Assembly (NCBI RefSeq): GCF_963921235.1
Contig: NC_086109.1
Span: 10,976,001-11,040,000, forward strand
Source: Mobula hypostoma
Lineage: Eukaryota
Length of the DNA: 64,000 nt
Reading direction: 5' to 3'
The notes under the pieces are model-generated. The model made no database searches. It saw nothing but the letters and a program-made list of their open reading frames with translations, and was not told the DNA's origin. Shown here one piece after another: positions 26,652 to 38,700 of the stretch. Made by a program: the position numbers and the translations under genes. Position 1 is the stretch's first letter. Every line of letters starts with the position of its first letter.

Positions 26652-27200
26652 GGATGGGAGGGATATGGATAGGTAAATGGAAGGGATATGGATAGGTAAA
26701 TGATGGGAAGGGTATGGATAGGTAAATGGTTGGGATATGGATAGGTAAATGGATGGGAGGGGTATGGACAGGTAAATGATGGGAGGGGTATGGATAGGTA
26801 AATGGATGGGAGGGGTATGGATAGGTAAATGATGGGAAGGGTATGGATAGGTAAATGGATGGGAGGGGTATGGATATGGATCAGAGGGATATGGATAGGT
26901 AAATGGATGGGAGGGGTAAGAATAGGTAAATGGGAGGGGTATGGATATGGATCAGAGGGGTATGGATAGGTAAATGGATGGGAGGGGTATGGATATGTAA
27001 ATGGGAGGGGTATGGATATGGATCAGAACGGTATGGATAGGCAAATGGATGGGAGGGGTATGGATATGGATCAGAAGGATATGGATAGTTAAATGGATAG
27101 GAGGGGTATGGATATGGATCAGAGGGGTATGGATAGGTAAATGGATGGAAGGGGTATGGATATGGATAAGAGGGATATGGATAGGTAAATGGATGGGAGG
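26652..27200 (+). repeat. G-rich minisatellite (unit about 27 bp, GGATAGGTAAATGGATGGGAGGGGTAT, with variants)
   Basis: Directly visible; runs into a CR1-like 3' tail at 27200-27312. Confidence 0.9.
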
Positions 27201-27384
27201 GCTACAGTCTGGATGCAGGTTGATAGGAGTACACAGAATAATAGCTTGGCATGCACTAGGTGGGTCGAAGGACCTGTTTCTGTTCTGTAGTGTTTTACGA
27301 CTCTATGACTCTAATTTATGAAAAAATAGACATCAAGGCTGACAATCAACCAATGTGCAAAAGAAGACAAATTGCACAAATGTA

Positions 27385-28830
27385 CAAGATGGCGCCTGTC
27401 TACATCAGCGACTCTCTGCGGGCTGCATGAATTTGAACCCGTTTTCCTCTTAAACATTCTCCCTCTGAACTACTTGCACTGCAAGTAAATTTCCTCTTAA
27501 CAATGGACTGCGAAATTACACCAGTGATCTCCAGATCTCACGTTCCACGGTTAAGCATGGAGCAGTTAAGCACAGCACCCTCTCGGGTCAATGTCAAAAC
27601 CAAGAACGTGGCAGGAGAGGCGGAATTCCAACCAGGCTGAAGCGCAGGAGGATGAGGCCTCTTCTGCCTTCCGTCATGTTGGCGAATGTACAGTCCCTTG
27701 AAAATCAGATTGACAATCTCAGGGCAAGGCTGTTGTATCAGAGGCAGATGAGACAAATCTCAATTGTTTGTTGCATTGAGACTTGGTTAACAGTAAACTT
27801 GTCAGAATCAGCTATCTGACCAGAAGGTTTTGTACGCTTGAACCTCAAATTCTGGTAAGGAAAGAGTTGGCACAGCGTGATTTTAGTCAATTCTCAATGG
27901 CGCATGTACGCTGGGGTTATGTCACCCTTCTTGTTCCCCTGACTTAGAACAACTAATGATTAAATGTAGACCGTTCTATTTGCCTCGGGAGTTCTCCTCT
28001 GTGATCCTGACCGTAGTTTACATACTCCCAGCGGCTGATTATAAACAACCATTCACGATGCTGTCTGTAAACAAGAAACAGCCCATCCTGACACAGTTCA
28101 AATTATAGTTGCCAACTTTAACCAGGCCTGTCTGAAGAAAACCCTGCCCAATTATCACCAGAGGTCCCAACACACTAGACCACTGCTACACTACGATAAG
28201 GGATCCTATCGTTCCTTCCAGAGACTGCATTCTGGCAAGTCGGATCATTTCACTGTACTCCTGCTACCTGCATACAGACACAGCGTAAAGAGCAAGGCTT
28301 CAGAGATCAAGACAAATAAGAGGTGATTGCAGGAGGCTGAGGAACGGTTACAGGATAATACCAATAAGACCATGGAACTGATTGTAGACTTCAGGAGAGG
28401 GAAACCAGAGGTCCATAAGCCAGTAATCATCAGAGGGTCAGAGGTGGAGAGGGTCAGTGACTTTAAATTCCTGGGTGTCACCATCTCAGAGGACCTGTCC
28501 TGGACCCATCTTATAAATATTATTGTGAAGAAAGCATGACATTTCCTTACTTCCTCAGGAGTCTGCAGAGGTTTGGCATGTGACTGAACAGCTTGGCAAA
28601 CCTCGATAGACGTGTGGAGGAAAGTGTGCTGACTGACTGCCTATGGCCTGGTATCGGAACACCGGTGCCTTTGAGCGGAAAATCCTACAAAAGGCAGTGG
28701 ATTCGGCCCAGTACATCACGGGTAAAGCCCTCCCAACCATTGAGCACATCTACACGAAACATTGCTGTGGAAAAGCAGCTCCATCATCAAAGATCCTCAC
28801 CACCCAGGCCATGATCTTTTCTCACTTTGA
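27385..28830 (+). mobile_element. Internally deleted Rex1/Babar LINE retaining its 5' end
   Basis: caagatggcgcc start; APE pieces LANVQSLEN and KCRPFYLPREFSSVI; RT end KTMELIVDFRR...FKFLGVTISEDLSW. Confidence 0.85.
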
Positions 28831-29154
28831 TGTGATCACACTTTGCTCTAAAGTGGGCTTTGTGTTTTTTTATTGATTTAATTATGTTCTTACTTGTAGA
28901 AATTGTGTTCATGTTTTTCTTGTGAATGTTGTGTACTTTGGTCACCCACCTACAGCGAAGATCTAAATAGGGTTGAAAGAGTGCAGAGAAAATTTACAAG
29001 GATGTTGCCAGGACTTGAGAACCAGAGCTAGACGGGAAGATCGAATAGGCTAGGACTTTATTCCTTGGAACACAGACAACTGAGGGGAGGTTAGAAAGAG
29101 GAATACAAAATTATGAGGGGTATAGATAGGGTAAATGCAAGCAGGTTTTATTCC

Positions 29155-29549
29155 TTTCTCTTCACATTCTTTTTCCCTCTCTCCTTTTTCTCCCTTTGTC
29201 CCTCGCACTATACCCCTTGCCCATCCTCTGGGCTTCCGCCCTCCCCCTTTCTTTCTCTCTGGGCCTCCTGTCCCATGATCCTCTCATATCCCTTTTGCCA
29301 ATCAACTGTCCAGCTCTTGGCTCCATCCCTCCCCCTCCTGTCTTCTCCTACCATTTCGGATCTCCCCCTCCCCCTCCCACTTTCAAATCTCTTACTATCT
29401 CTTCTTTCAGTTAGTCCTGATGAACGGTCTCGGTCTGAAAAGTCGACTGTACCTCTTCCTAGAGATGCTGCCTGGCCTGCTGCGTTCACCAGAAACTTTT
29501 ATGTGTGTTGCTTGAAATTCCAGCATCTGCAGATTTCCTTGAGTGTGTG
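29155..29549 (+). mobile_element. Penelope-like element terminal fragment inserted in CR1
   Basis: Pyrimidine-rich tract, degenerate hammerhead motif ctgatga..gaaa (29417-29440), 12-bp TSD aggttttattcc. Confidence 0.8.
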
Positions 29550-30694
29550 AGGTTTTATTCCATTGAGGTTGGGTGAGACTACAACTAGAGGTCATGGGTT
29601 AAGTGTGAAAGGTGAAAAGCTTAAGGGTTACATGGGGGAAACTTCATTCAGGGGTCATGAGGGTGTAGAATGAGCTGCCAGCACAAAGGGCCTGTTTCTG
29701 TGCTGTGTTTTTCTATGAATATGATGCTATGTGCCAGTGATGCTTCTGCAAGTAAGTTTTTCACCCCTGGTAGCAGCATCCATCATCAAGGACCCCCACC
29801 ATCCACTCCATGCTCTCTTCTCACTCCTACCAGCAAGCAGGAGGAGGTGTGAGCCTTAGGTCACATACCAGCTGTTTCAGGAACACTTATTACCCCTCAA
29901 ACGTCAGGCTCTTGGACCAGGGTGAATAACTACCCTCACCTCAACTCTGAACTGACCCCACAACCTATAGACTCTCTTTCAAGGACTCTACACTCATGTT
30001 CTCAGTAGTATGTATTTACTTTTTTATTTGCTTGTTTATGTAGAGTCATAGAAAAGTACAGCATAAAAACAGGTCCTTCGACCCATCTAGTCCATACTAA
30101 GCCATTTAAACTGGCTACTCCCATCGACTTGCACCAGGACCATAGCCCTCCATACCCTTACCATCCGTGTACCTATCCAAACTTCTCTTAAGTGTTGAAA
30201 TCAAGCTCGCACGCACCACTCGTGCTGATATCTCGCTTCACTCTCTCACTACCCTCTAAGTGAAGAAGTTTCCCCTCATGTTCCCACTAAACTATACACC
30301 TTTCCCCTTTAACCCATGACCTCTAGCTGTAGTCTCACCCAACCTCAGGGGGAAAAGCCTGCTGCATTTACCCTATCAAAACCCCTCATTATTGTGTATA
30401 CCTCTATCAAATGCACAGATTGTCTTCTGAACACTGGCTGTTTGTCCGTCTTTGTGTGCAATTTTTCATCAATTCTATTGTATTTCTCTGTTCTACTGTG
30501 AATGCCTGCAAGAAAATGATTGTTAAGGTAGTATATGGTGACACACACACACAGTACACTCTTTGCTGATGAATTTAATTTACAGGGGGAAAATAAGTGA
30601 GCAGTTTGAGTACAGGACTTGCAAGGAGATCTAGCATAGATACAATGGGTCAAATAGTTTCTGATGTCACGCGAGAATACTTGACATATATTTT

Positions 30695-30980
30695 GGGGCG
30701 GCATGGTAGTGTAGTGGTTAGCACAACGCTTTACAGCACCGATGACCCAGGTTCAAATCCCACCACTGCCTGTAAGGAGTTTGTATGTTCTCACTGTGGC
30801 TGTGTGGGTTTCTTCCGGGTGCTCCGGTTTCCTCCCACAGTCCAAAGACCTACCGGCTGGTAAGTTAACTGGTCATTGCAAATTGCCCCATAATTAGCCT
30901 AGGGTTAAATCGGGGGTAGCTGGAGAGTGCAGTTCGAAGGGCCAAAGGACCTACTGCATGCTATATCTCAATCAATCAAT
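30695..30980 (+). mobile_element. tRNA-derived V-SINE (HE1-like)
   Basis: tRNA head with ggttcaaatcc and V-domain gggtgctccggtttcctcccacagtccaaaga. Further copies near 37715, 40455, 42050(-), 43800(-), 46240, 47105 and 59758. Confidence 0.8.
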
Positions 30981-32429
30981 AAATAATACGAGTCCAGGAT
31001 ATCATGCTGCAGCTGGTCAACACTCTGATTAGTCCACATTTGGAGTAATGTGTTTGGTTCTGGTCACTGCATTGCAGCAAAGACGTGGTAGCTTTAAAGA
31101 GCATGCAGAAGAGGTTCACCTGTATGTTGCCTTGACTGGAGAGTATTAGCTGTAAGGAGAAGTTGGTCGAACTTGGATGTTTTCCTGGAGAGTCAGAGGC
31201 CAAGGGACGTCTTAAAAGAATCTTTTAAATCATTGGGGCTTTGGGGCTTCTTCTGTTGCTTCCATGATGGGGGGTGGGGGTTCTGTCAATGCTTCTGCTG
31301 GCATGGCGGGGTGGGGGGGGGTCTTTGCTCTTGGTGCTGTTTGTGCAAAGGGAGGGGGAGCTTCGATGTTTCTATCATTCATTCTATGGTGTTTCTTGTT
31401 TTGTGGGTGTCTGTGAAGAGTACGAATTTCAGATTGTATACTGCATACCTACTAAAATCAACCTGTGAACCTTTGAAAATCATGAGAAACATAGATGGGG
31501 TAGACCAGCCAGTTTTTATCCCAGGGAAGAAATACTGGAGGCCATGGCTTTAAGATGAGGGGGGGGAGTTTAACGGAGATTTACAAGGCAAACATTTTTA
31601 CACAGAGAACGGCAGATGCCTGACGCCAGGAAGAGGTGGAAGCAGATACGATAGCCACATTTCAGACGCTTTTAGGCAAGCCTTTAAAACAAATAGTGGA
31701 GGGATTTTGACCGCGTGAAGCCTCTGGTCAAGGTGGCACTGAGCTGTGATGTCCATCAATGTTGTGGCTCAGATTTGTTTTTTTTTTAGGTTTATAGGGA
31801 TAGTTTGGGGAGGGTAGTGTGGGGAGTTGGAGGTCAAGTTAGGGTTTATGGACTGGAATGAGGTAGTTAGAGGTTGGGGCAGCAATTGAGGAATCAGGGA
31901 CAGGCCAGGGTGATCTACGGTCAAAGGTCAGCATCCCCGAAGGTCAGGTTGACAGGTACTGAAGCGACTAGGTTGGAGGTTTGTATGGGCTGGAGCCATG
32001 AGGGTCAGTGATCCTCCCCAGGTGATTGGAATTGGAGCTCCTTGTGAATCCAGAAGTCGAGGTCTGAAGGTCAAACCCGTGATTAGCGAGTCACGGAGTC
32101 GATACTCAGAGCTCGGCATAAGGTGAAGTCCAGAGCTCAGTGAATTCACACCTGGATGCTCGAAGGTTGAAGACCGAGATCAGCAAGTCCAGAAGTAAAG
32201 GCCTGAAGGTCAAAGCCCTGGCCTGTGTGGTCTTGCGATCCCAGTGACTGAGAGTCTGGAGGTAGAAGGTTGGATTGAAGTCTGAGAGTCCAGGGCCAAA
32301 GTCTCCTTGGTAAGTGGGTTCGATTCCCTCCGCTGTCCCTCAGGACGTTTTACTTTCTCCCCGAGATCGAATGGGTTTTCATCTGGGTTCCTCCCATATT
32401 CCAAAGACAACCCTTGGTTAGGGTTAATA

Positions 32430-33066
32430 CAGACATCCCACCCTGCAAAAACTCATTTCAGGGAGGTAGCACCATCAATTTGCGGGAGACTCCCGGAACT
32501 TCCAGGAGAGGTGTGATGTCTGCAATAGAGTAGCTCCTTAGCAGCTAGCCAGCTAGTTTAAATAACGTTAGCTGTGCTAATGAACGAATGACACCTGTTA
32601 AACTCACCTCAACATGTCTTTTACAGTCGTAACCCACCATGAGCAATAGAAAAGTCACTGTTGCAAACAGTGCAACGAGCAACACTGTCATTATTTTGAC
32701 CCCTATTAGGCAGGGGTACACTTTAGTGTCGTCTGGGGTGACGTACCTTTTATATTTTTTTTGGAACACTCTGCCATGGCGCTCTCTCTCTCTCTCATGG
32801 TCGCGCGCTCGCTCTCAAGCACTCTTGCTTGCTTTCTCTCTTGCTCGCGTGCTCTCGCTTGCTTTCGCTCACACACTCTCGCTTGTTTTCTCTCTCGCTT
32901 GTGTGCTTGCTCTCACTCTCTCCCACGTGCGCGCTCTCTCTTGCTTTCTCTCGCTCACTTTCAAAAAAATTGATTTCCATGATATTGTATATAATTTGCG
33001 GGCATCAGGGAGCCACTATCAATATGCGGGAGACTCCCGGAACTTCCGGGAGAGGTGGGATGTCTG
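32430..33066. mobile_element. Non-autonomous DNA element with 13-bp perfect TIRs (CAGACATCCCACC), inserted in a SINE
   Basis: TIRs at both ends; flanking duplication TTAATA (32424-32429 and 33067-33072). Confidence 0.85.
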
Positions 33067-33319
33067 TTAATAAGATGCTATGTTGGCTCTGGAAGTATAT
33101 GGTGACACTTGCAGGCTGCCCCAGCACAGTCCTTGGATTATGTTGGTGGTTGACACAAAACAAAGCATTTCACTGTTTGTTTCGCTGTTTCGACGTACAT
33201 TTGACGAATCAAGCTGAAAGCTAAAGCATACATCGTTCCTCCGCCCATTGAGCATATATTGCATTAAGCCTATTTGTCTTGCCATTGAGTTTTACTGCAT
33301 CCACTAATAATGATGCAAT

Positions 33320-34330
33320 ATAATCCTAGATCCGTCACGGAAGTTGGCACGAAAGAGAGCACCGCTCCTAACACCCCAAACCTGAACATCAGCAGCGCAT
33401 TTGTAACGCCGCAACGTTGGCAAAGGGACTGGCGAATGATTGACAGGAGCCCGGGAACGCGTGTTGGCCCTGCCCACCTTTCCCGGACGAGCCTCCTTCC
33501 CACCGGCCAATCAGCGGCGGGGGATACGGACGAGCCTCTGCCACGTGACGCGGGTGCTGCCAGCATGGAAGGAGCGAGCGCGTGACAGCGGAGCAGGCTG
33601 AGCCGAGCGAAACCTCCTATAGTGATAATCCTTGCAAAGAGTGGATAAGAAAATAAATGATCAGCAAATACTAACACAGACCAGTGCATTGCAACGACAG
33701 CGGGGGCGCCAGATGTTTCCTACGGCTGCATTGCATTTTCTGTGCAAAATCAGGTTAGAGAATATATTTCAGTATAAAATACCGCACGACAGATGCCCTT
33801 TTAGATTGTGTTATTGGTTCTAACTGTAGCAATTCCATTCCTTACCCCATAGTTCACCGAGCAAGTTTAAAATTGTTTTCATTCTGCAATGTTTCCTTAA
33901 ACACGTCACGGGAGCAGTGTGTTTCGGAAAATATGAAAAACTGCTTGTTGTTCAGTATAATGAAAGTTTTCTTGAACGTATAATGTTAGAATGAAATTGT
34001 AAAGTATGAGTCTGAGATTTGCTTTCGCTGCCAGACGGAAGAATGAATTTTTTTTGCAACTTTTTTTCCCCTCAATGTAATTTGACACTGTCGATGCCAG
34101 CTGTCCTTGATCTGACTGACAGCCACGTTGACCTATCAGCAGAAGAGGCCGATCGGCGCTCTCTCTCAATTGGAGCAGGGATGGAACCGGAGACGAATAG
34201 CAATGGAGCAAGGGCAGGCCCTGTGGCTGAGTGGCTGATGCAATGTAAACCTCTAGCTGTCACGAGGCACTACAACATTAATTAACCTTTCGGCAGACAA
34301 GGGACGCTAGTGTTGACACTGCTGCCTGCA
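33320..34330. promoter_or_regulatory. CpG-rich promoter-like region (candidate TSS region of the KLF15-like gene, possibly bidirectional)
   Basis: Apparently repeat-free and CpG-rich. TGATTGACAG 33437-33446 and TGACTGACAG 34113-34122 (PBX/PREP-MEIS type), CCAAT 33507-33511, E-box CACGTG 33542-33547, ETS-like CGGAAGT near 33338. Confidence 0.6.
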
Positions 34331-35040
34331 ACAAAACATGCGCTTTCCTTCAAACTCGAGCGTTTAAATGGCCAGGCTGGTTTGAGTTTATGTTTTTAAC
34401 TAAACCACAGTGGTCAGTTCCTCAAGAGAAGATTGCAGAAGCCAGCAGCGTTGGTCGCGAAAAGTTGGGGATTTTTTTTCAGTGGAAGTACTTTGAAACC
34501 ATAAACGATTAACTGCAAAATCCATTTTGAGCTCATTTCTGCTTCAGGGTTGAGGGAGACGTGGTTTCTTCAGGTCCTGAACTGGCTGATGAGGCCAATG
34601 TAATGATCGAGACAGATGCGACAGGAAGGGCCTGATTGGGTAGTTTGTGAAGTGGTTTTCTCCTTTTAAAAATTCATAACTTTGAAGTTATTACAAAGTA
34701 CACATATGTTACCATATTCTACCTCGAGATTTCATTTTCTAGCTGGAATTTACAGGGGGAAATGCTATAGAACTTATTTTAGGAACTACATAAAAAGACA
34801 AAGATAAACCTGCCACATACTCAAGGCCTCTGTGCAAATTGGAAAATTGGTTCGTTATGATGTACGGTGAAAAATTTAGTGTCACACGCCACCAATACAG
34901 ATCATTTCATTACAGCAGTACATTGAGGTAGTCCAAAGAAAAAGCATTAACAGAATGCAGAATGAAGTGTAACAGAGAAGGGACAACGCAGGCAAGACAT
35001 TGAGGTGCCAGGCCTTGACAAGGTAGATTATGAAGTCAGC

Positions 35041-35333
35041 AAGTTGCTGGAGGAACTCAGCAGGCCAGGCAGTTACTATGGAAAAAAAAGTACAGTCGAC
35101 ATTTCAGGCCAAAACCCTTCAGCAGGGCTGGAAGATTTAAACTTCTTCAGGGTAGGCATCCCTGGAACAGACTTCGCAGAGTAGCAATCCTGCTGAGTCT
35201 TGAGTCCTGCCTGAGGGTTTCAGCCCAAAACGTCGACTCTACGTTTTTTCCATAGATGCTGCCGGCCTGCTGAGTTCCTCTGGCACTTTGTGTGTGTTAC
35301 TCAGATTTCCAGCATTTGCAGATTTTCTCTCAT
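35041..35333. mobile_element. Penelope-like insertion with inverted terminal segments
   Basis: 13-bp TSD ttatgaagtcagc; two opposed copies of the PLE end. Confidence 0.8.
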
Positions 35334-36149
35334 TTATGAAGTCAGCGGGCCATTTTATCATACAAGATTGTGTGCTCCAGCTGTCTTGCCTCAAGGTTTT
35401 CAATACCATTCTGAACGCTTCTTCTCCAGTTTGGATGTAGACAGGGATTCCTAAATGTTTTCAAAGCAGCTTTGAACACACAGTCATAAAGTTATACAGC
35501 CCAGAAATGGGATCTGCAGCCCATCTCTTTCATGCCAGCCTTTTTGCTCATCTACTCTAAGCCTATTTCCCTGTATTAGGTCCATATCTTGTGTTTTTAA
35601 GACCTGTCTAAATGCCTCCTATACTCAGTAATTGTATTTGATTCCACCAGGTCCTCGGGCAGCACGTTCCAGATGTCAACAACTCAGAGTGCAAAAACGC
35701 TTACCCCTCATATCGCCTTTTAAAATTCCCCCCCTCCCCATTTTAAATCTATGTCCTCTTGCTTTTTGACACTCTTGCCATTGGAGGAAGACTTTGGCTC
35801 TCTGCTCCTTCAATTTCCCTTTTACCAGAATTCTTGCAACACTCTTTAGGAAAGCTCCTGCTTGCCAGATGTCACTTTACCTGCAAGCTTCTGCTCCCGA
35901 CCTACTTTCACCAGCTGCTCTTTGGCACTCCCGGTCAAAAATCAGCCTTACCCCAAGTGGGGACTTAACTTGAGCGCCAGTCCTATCTTTATCCATAACT
36001 ATGTTGTAACAAATACATACTGATTGGTCATTGTAAATTTTCTTGAGAATAGGCTAGTGTCAAATAAATTGGTGCTGGGCAGCGCCAGAGGGGTCAGTTC
36101 CATGCTGTATCTCTTTAAAAAAACCATAAACTGTGTACATACATCTATT

Positions 36150-36480
36150 GATGCTTCTGGACACATCTTCAGTGATGTTCCTGGAATCATTGGGTGTTTC
36201 CGGTCTTTCAACATCATACAACCTCCTCCAGGTGACCCAGCCGGGGCTGATCAGACCCCAGCTTGTGTCCAGATGGCTTGCTGCTTATGACTCCATAACT
36301 CCCCTCTTTTGAGCCACAGCCATCTTGAGGCCCTCTCTGCCACATCGGTGGTACTGCGGGTGGCTCTCCTCTTCCTCTCTCCCTCGATGCCCAAAATGCT
36401 GAAGGCTCTAACTAAGGAACGGGCAACGAATCCCCTACATCCAACTTCCACTGGGAGACACCTCGCTCTCCATCCAGCTT
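36150..36480 (-). mobile_element. HERO-clade (restriction-like endonuclease) non-LTR retrotransposon 3' end
   Basis: GWRARCLPVEVGCRGF...AERASRWLWLKR followed by a 3' UTR. Confidence 0.75.
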
Positions 36481-37159
36481 AAACTAAAACTTAAATAATT
36501 AAGGATATTGTTGCAAAGTGTTCCCTAATTGACACTTCTACCACCTTCTGTCTGGTTTCATTTCTGAATGTACCTTCTCTAGTGAAACCATCTACATATT
36601 ATCTGGAAAGGCTGTCTTACAGATATTTAACATTCCAACCCATCCAACCCTTTGTAGTCAGGCAAATCCTGTCAATAGTGGGAAAGTTACAGTCAACAAA
36701 CATTATCACCTTCTCTGATAGAACTATCTACGTACTGTCTCAAAAGACTATCTTACAGACTTTTAACATTCTAGCCCATCCAAGCTCTTTGCACTAAGGC
36801 GAATCCTGTCAATAGTAGGAAAGGTAAAGGCTCGGACCAAAGTCACCCTAAAGAGAAAATCTGCAGATGCTGGAAATCCGGGCAACACACACAAAATGCT
36901 GGAGGAACTCAGTAGGCCAGTCAGCATCTATGGGAAAGAGTACAGTCGACGTTTTGGGCTGAGACCCTTCATCATGACTATCATCCTATTGCTTTTATAC
37001 ATCTCTGTGATTTGCTTACACTAACTTCTGTTGAGTATAACCCAAACAAATTGCTCACCCACCACCTATTCCTCAGTTCTATCGGCATGGCCTAGATGAT
37101 TTCTCAGGGATATCCTCCCTATGTTCTACTGTGATATCCTTGTAATCAATAGTGTGACC

Positions 37160-37555
37160 CCCCCCCCTTAGTGACCTTGACCATGGAATGATTATAGGGC
37201 CAAATGGGGTTGGTTGAGTATCTCAGAAACTGCTAATGTCCTGGGATTTTCACACACAGCTTTCTCCAGAGTTTGTAGAGAATGGTGTGAAAAACGGGGG
37301 GGGAAAAGTGAGCATCAGTTCTGTGTTAAAGAGAGAGGTCAGAGGAGAATGGCCAGACTGGTTCAAGCTGACAGGATGGTGACTGTAACTCAGATAACCA
37401 CGCGTTACAGGAGTGCTGTGTGCAGAGGGGCATCTCTGAATACACAACAGGTCAAACTTCGAAGTTGATGAGGTGCAGCAGCAGAAGACCGCAAGCCATA
37501 CACCGAGTGGCCAGTTTATTATGTGCAGGGGTAACTAATCTAGTGTCCACTAAGA
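37160..37555 (+). mobile_element. Tc1-like transposase remnant (DNA-binding region)
   Basis: SISETANVLGFSHT..SRV.REW...ERGQRRMARLVQADR..TVTQITTRY. Confidence 0.85.
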
Positions 37556-38204
37556 ACGTTGTAGTGTCACACACTAGATAATTTTGTCCTGTGTCAATAT
37601 TTGTGTCCATATAAGGTAATTACACGGACACTGCAGTAACCAATACACTTGGCCAAAATATTTTATGTCACCTGCTCTCGTTTTAAAAATGTATACATGC
37701 CAAAGATGTATCGCAGCGGGTAGTGTAATGTTATTACAGCGCCAAAGACCCGGGTTCAATTCCACGCTGTCTGTGAAGAGTTTGTGAGTTCTCCCCTTGA
37801 CCTCGCGGGATTCCTCCGAGTGCTCTGGTTTCCTCCCACAATCCAAAGACATACGGGTTAGTAGTTTAATTGGTCACATGGGTCCAATTGGGCTTGTTGG
37901 GCCAGAAGGGCCTGTTTCCATGCTAAACAAGTAAATAAGCTGTTTACATTTTTTATGTGTGTGACGCTGTGAAAGGGAGAGACTGTACAAGTGTTCTCAT
38001 GAAACCAGTGTGGGAACTATACCAATTTACTAACCTATGACCTGAGCCAGATGTGAAATCAAATCTGTGAAAGCGATTTATCTTCTTCCTTTTAGAATTC
38101 AAGTTTGTGTTGGTGAGTGGGGTATGGGGGGGAGAGGTATTGGTGGGACGTGTGTCCAATTATTGAATACTTTCACAAAAGTTTCATTGAAGAATTCTCA
38201 ATGG

Positions 38205-38675
38205 TTTTAGGAGCACGTGTATCATTTATACGCAGGAGTGAAAAGGTTAACATATGGGAAGCATTTGGTGGTTCACTGGAGTTTAGAAGAATGAGGAGGG
38301 ATCTCATTCAAACCTTTCGAATATCGAAAGGCCTAGTGAACATGGAGGGGATGTTTCCTGTAGTGGGGGAGTCTACGATCAGAGGGCACAACCTCAGGAT
38401 AAAAGGACATCCCTTTAGAGCGGAGATGAGGAGGGATTTCTTTAGCCAAAGGGTAGTGGATCTGTGGAATTCATTGTCACAGACAGCTGTGGATGCTAGG
38501 TCACTGGGTGTATTTAAAGCGGAGGTTGATAATTTCTTGATTAGTAAGGGTATCAAAGGCTACGGGGAGAAGGCAGGAGAATGGGGTTGAGAGGGATAAT
38601 AAATCAGCCACGTTGGAATGGTGGGGCAGACTCGATGTGCTAAATGATCTAATTCTGTTCCTGTGTCTTATTGGT
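38205..38675 (+). mobile_element. CR1 3' fragment
   Basis: ORF 38117-38590 C-terminal CR1 motifs. Confidence 0.88.
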
Positions 38676-38700
38676 CATTTAGCTAGCAGAATTTTATCTA

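Noticed and set aside
26652..27321. CRISPR-like periodicity and a W/G-rich ORF
   Set aside because: No unique spacers, no cas genes, eukaryotic context; it is a minisatellite.
30695..30770. tRNA-like sequences (also near 24946 and 46050)
   Set aside because: They are SINE heads followed by SINE bodies, and no complete cloverleaf is evident.
33270..33689. 139-aa ORF over the CpG island
   Set aside because: A typical stop-poor GC-rich frame with no domain.
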